DNA of 64,000 nucleotides from an uncultured Acidimicrobiia bacterium (GTDB lineage Bacteria; Actinomycetota; Acidimicrobiia; Acidimicrobiales; JACDCH01): NCBI GenBank assembly GCA_963821725.1, contig CAWGFA010000014.1, positions 48,797 to 112,796 of the forward strand, read 5' to 3'. Shown piece by piece: positions 61,021 to 64,000 of this stretch (position 1 is its first letter; each line of letters starts with the position of its first letter). The notes under the pieces were generated by a model. It saw only the letters and a program-made list of their open reading frames with translations, ran no database searches and was not told where the DNA came from. The position numbers and the translations under genes were made by a program.

Positions 61021-62214
61021 TCACGGCATCTCCGTGTCCAGATCGAAGATACGCACCGCGTTGGCGCACACGATCTTGCGGCGCTCGTCGGCGGGCACGT
61101 CGGCCATCGAGTCGGCGATGGCCTTCCGCGAGTACGGCCAGTCGTTGCCGTGGTGCGGGTAGTCGGTGCTCCACATCATGTTGTCGACACCGACCGCGTA
61201 GCGATTGGCGATGCCGTTGCGGTCGGTGATGTAGGTGGCCGACAAGTTGCGGTACCAGTAGAACGACGGCGGCTCGGAGATCGGGATGTTCCCCCACGAC
61301 CGGTTGCGCCAGTACCGGTCGTCCATCTGCTCGAGCAGGTGCGGGATCCAGCCGACGCCGGTTTCGATCAGCGGGATCTGCAGGTTCGGGAACCGCTCGA
61401 ACACACCGGTGAAGATGAGCTGTCCGATCGTGTTCGGAACGGTGGCGAAGACACCGGCGAGCCCGCCCACGGCCTTGGCGTTGGCCTTCGACTTCTGGTC
61501 GTCACGGCTCCCGTAGAGCTGGTTGCTGCCCTTCCCCGCCTTGGCCTGCGCGGCGCGGGTGCGCTGCCGCGAAGCGCGGCTGATGAGGTTGATGTGGATG
61601 CACACGGGCATCTGCTCTTCTTCGGCCGCCGCCCAGAACGGATCGTCGTCGTCGGAGATGCCGTCCTTCGCCGAAGGCCAGCACGAGATGACGACGCCCT
61701 TGAAACCCCTCGCCTTGGCCTTGCGAAGCGTGTCGACAGCGTCGTCGACACCGGTCGAACCGATCTGGGCCATGCCCACGAGCCGGCTGCGGTCGGGCAC
61801 GCAGAACTCGTCCCACAGGAAGTTGTTGTAGGCGTCGACGCCGGCACGCACGAAGTCGTCGTCGTCGTCGCCCAGGAAGTGGCCGATGGTGCGTTGCGGC
61901 GGGAAGAGGATCTCCGCGTCGACACCGTCGATGTCCATGTCGGCGAGCCGTGCACTGCCGTCGTAGCAGCCCTTGCGCGCCTGCTCGTACGTCACACCTG
62001 TCCACCGGAACTGGTCCCACGGCAGCCCTGGCGTGGTCACGAGGCCGATCGGGTCAGGATCGGGCGAGCCGGCGAACTGCCAGGCGTCGCCTCCGTCGGC
62101 GTCCTTCGCGAGCTTCGGCGCCTTGTCCTGCAGTGCCTTCGGAAGCCACGTCTCCCAGATGTGGGGCGGCTCGAGAACATGAGCGTCGGCCGACACGATT
62201 CGGAGGCTCGCCAT
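61021..62214 (-). CDS. amidohydrolase-2 family protein
   Basis: MASLRIVSADAHVLEPP...MMWSTDYPHHGNDWP. Paralogue of the previous gene. Start taken at the second ATG of track ORF 61021..62235. Confidence 0.8.
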   Translation of the reverse strand: MASLRIVSADAHVLEPPHIWETWLPKALQDKAPKLAKDADGGDAWQFAGSPDPDPIGLVTTPGLPWDQFRWTGVTYEQARKGCYDGSARLADMDIDGVDAEILFPPQRTIGHFLGDDDDDFVRAGVDAYNNFLWDEFCVPDRSRLVGMAQIGSTGVDDAVDTLRKAKARGFKGVVISCWPSAKDGISDDDDPFWAAAEEEQMPVCIHINLISRASRQRTRAAQAKAGKGSNQLYGSRDDQKSKANAKAVGGLAGVFATVPNTIGQLIFTGVFERFPNLQIPLIETGVGWIPHLLEQMDDRYWRNRSWGNIPISEPPSFYWYRNLSATYITDRNGIANRYAVGVDNMMWSTDYPHHGNDWPYSRKAIADSMADVPADERRKIVCANAVRIFDLDTEMP

Positions 62215-62227
62215 GCTCCGAGCGTAG

Positions 62228-62245
62228 CCTGACACGCGTGTCAGG
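62228..62245. promoter_or_regulatory. perfect 18-bp palindrome CCTGACACGCGTGTCAGG in a divergent intergenic region
   Basis: It lies between the minus-strand start at 62214 and the plus-strand GTG at 62238, which it overlaps. Candidate operator. Confidence 0.35.
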
Positions 62246-64000
62246 TTGCCTCCTGGACGGGGTGTCGGTCGCCGATCTGGTCGGATCGAAGCCGACCGCG
62301 ATGGCCGTACGGATCCTGACGTTCCTCGGTGCGGAGACGGGCTCGATCGCGGAGGCCGACGTCGTCATCGCCGACCACGCTCGACCGTCCGACGACTCCG
62401 CCGACTCGGTGTGGGTGTGCGTGACGCCGTTCGGCGCGACCGGACCTCGATCGTCGTGGCGGGCCTCTGATCTCGGCGTCATGGCGGCCTCCGGCAACCT
62501 GTACTGCACTGGGGATCCCGATCGCGCGCCGGTGCGCTGCGCGGGTGACGCCGCGTACGCGCACACCGCTCCCGAGATCGCGTTCGCGGCGTTGACCGCG
62601 CTGGCGTCGGGCGTCCGTCCCGTCGACGTCGACCTGTCGATGCAAGAGACGGTGCTCGTCGCCAACATGGGTGGCGCGGGGCGCTGGTTCCGGTCGCGGG
62701 CCCAGGCGCGGCGAGCGGGAGCGAACATCGGGCGCACCCGCGAGATCTGGCCGACGCGGGACGGTTGGGTCTCGTTCGGCCTGCGTGGCGGGAAGGCCCG
62801 GATCCCGTCTCTGCAGACCATCTCGCGGTTGATCGACGATCCCGTGCTGACCGAACGCGACTGGACGACGTGGGATGTCCTGTCCGCATCCGACGAAGAC
62901 GTCGACGCAGTGCAGAAGGTGGTCGGCGAATGGTTCGCTCGTCACTCCACCGCCGAGCTCTACGAGTACGCGTGCGACACCAACCTGATGCTGGCGCCCG
63001 TGAACTCACCCCGCGAGCTGTACGCATCTGCACAGCTCGCGGCCCGGGACTTCTTCGACGACGACGGCGTCCCGACCACGTGGGCCCACGTCACAACTCG
63101 TTCTGGCGTCAACCGGGGCACCTATCCGCACTCGTTGACGCCAGAACGACAGAAAGCGGCGTGGGGTGGGACGCGGATCCTCGAGTTCGGGGCGGGGGCG
63201 GCGGGGCCGATCGCCACGAGGTACTTCGCGGAGCACGGAGCGACCGTGCTCCGCGTGGAATCGGCCAGCCGCCCGGACTTCCTCCGCACCGGCAACTACG
63301 CCGACATGTTCGACGCCCTGAACTGCGGCAAGCGCTCGGTCACGCTCAACCTCAAGCATCCCGAAGGACATGCGCTCGCCAAACGCCTCGTCGTCGAGTG
63401 GGCCGACGCCGTGGCCGAGAACTTCGCGCCGAGGGCGATGCGCGGCCTCGGCCTCGCGTACCACGATCTGGTCGAGGACAAGCCCGATCTCGTGATGGTG
63501 AGCGCGTGCCTCAACGGCCAGACCGGACCGCATCGCGACTATCCGGGCTTCGGCGGTCAGGGCGCGGCGCTCTCGGGCTTCAACTACCTGACCGGTTGGC
63601 CGGACCGGGAGCCGATCGGACCGTTCGGCACCATCACCGATTCGCTCGCGCCGCGTTTCGTCGCGACCGCGCTGGCCGCAGCGCTGCTGCACCACCGTGC
63701 GACGGGCGAGGGCGTCTACATCGACGTGAGCCAAGTCGAGTGCGCGGCGTGGACGCTGTCGGACTGGCTGCTGTCGTACCGCCGCGACGGCGTCATCGGC
63801 GAACGGCGGGGGAACACCCATCCCGACGCGGCATTGCACGGTGTGTTCCGTTGCGCGGGCGCCGACCGATGGGTCGCCATCGCCGCGTGGAACGACGACG
63901 AGCTGCAGCGGCTGATCGAGATCACAGGTCCTGACGTGGAGACGTGGACATCGACGCGTGATCCACTCGTTGTCGCGACCGAGCTGCAAGCGGTCGACCT
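62238..64000 (+). CDS. two-module family III CoA-transferase (CaiB/BaiF-like), 3' end outside window
   Basis: Not in the ORF track because it has no stop in the window. My translation from GTG 62238 is open to 64000. Module 1: LLDGVSVADLVGSKPTAMAVRILTFLGAE.... Module 2: TRILEFGAGAAGPIATRYFAEHGATVLRVES...NCGKRSVTLNLK...AENFAPRAM. Confidence 0.7.
   Translation, partial: MSGCLLDGVSVADLVGSKPTAMAVRILTFLGAETGSIAEADVVIADHARPSDDSADSVWVCVTPFGATGPRSSWRASDLGVMAASGNLYCTGDPDRAPVRCAGDAAYAHTAPEIAFAALTALASGVRPVDVDLSMQETVLVANMGGAGRWFRSRAQARRAGANIGRTREIWPTRDGWVSFGLRGGKARIPSLQTISRLIDDPVLTERDWTTWDVLSASDEDVDAVQKVVGEWFARHSTAELYEYACDTNLMLAPVNSPRELYASAQLAARDFFDDDGVPTTWAHVTTRSGVNRGTYPHSLTPERQKAAWGGTRILEFGAGAAGPIATRYFAEHGATVLRVESASRPDFLRTGNYADMFDALNCGKRSVTLNLKHPEGHALAKRLVVEWADAVAENFAPRAMRGLGLAYHDLVEDKPDLVMVSACLNGQTGPHRDYPGFGGQGAALSGFNYLTGWPDREPIGPFGTITDSLAPRFVATALAAALLHHRATGEGVYIDVSQVECAAWTLSDWLLSYRRDGVIGERRGNTHPDAALHGVFRCAGADRWVAIAAWNDDELQRLIEITGPDVETWTSTRDPLVVATELQAVD
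63098..63148. repeat. hairpin repeat, family B, copy 2 (inside the CoA-transferase ORF, reverse orientation)
   Basis: TCGTTCTGGCGTCAACCGGGGCACCTATCCGCACTCGTTGACGCCAGAACGA is the reverse complement of the 47677..47725 element with a few loop mismatches. It reads in frame as TRSGVNRGTYPHSLTPER between the two transferase modules. Confidence 0.7.

Noticed and set aside
1-64000. tRNA, rRNA, riboswitch, transposase/IS or integrase features.
   Set aside because: Intergenic gaps are short, with the largest ~100-290 bp. None showed cloverleaf-like or rRNA-like sequence by eye, and no ORF resembled a transposase or recombinase. A tRNAscan/Infernal run would be needed to be definitive.

Overview
This is a high-GC chromosomal segment with actinobacterial-style features: GTG/TTG starts and frequent 4-nt GTGA/ATGA/TGATG gene overlaps. 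It has three blocks.

(1) 1-7.4 kb: redox and membrane genes on the + strand.

(2) 7.4-36 kb: an accessory island built around a phage-tail-like contractile injection system (CIS/eCIS type). It has a sheath, a gp19-type tube plus two tube paralogues, a LysM tube-initiator-like protein, a gpD/VgrG-like spike, gp25, Baseplate_J and a gpI-like wedge protein. It also has a DUF4255 terminator-like gene, a DUF4157-containing gene in the tape-measure slot, and a detached DUF4280 PAAR-like gene. I recognise no capsid, terminase, integrase, Cdc48-like AAA+ assembly ATPase or tail fibre. Instead the island carries:
- a Zn-ribbon/(Gly-Pro-Pro)n/TM/discoidin-like membrane protein coupled to the baseplate genes;
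- a ~1456-codon PD40 + choice-of-anchor-D secreted protein with a LuxR-type regulator;
- an upstream operon (Q-rich protein, DUF922 HExxH protease, a 48-aa acidic peptide absent from the ORF track, two unknown proteins, a SAM methyltransferase) facing a STAND (AAA_16-TPR) protein.

(3) 36-64 kb: metabolic genes. These include acyl-CoA dehydrogenases, a fused EtfB-EtfA, a P450, thiolase/DUF35, amidohydrolases and CoA-transferases, plus a DapA-like/OYE/GFO/PmoA-like/cupin operon, two SET-domain proteins and an LPXTG protein.

Major caveat: as given, many genes are broken by frame changes, and by eye these are far denser in the island than in the flanks. I therefore report whole-gene spans stitched from track ORFs. 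The type 'pseudogene' here means 'disrupted in the sequence as given'; sequencing indels are a live alternative.

I recognised no rRNA, tRNA, CRISPR array, transposase or integrase. All family calls are by-eye motif recognition, not database searches.
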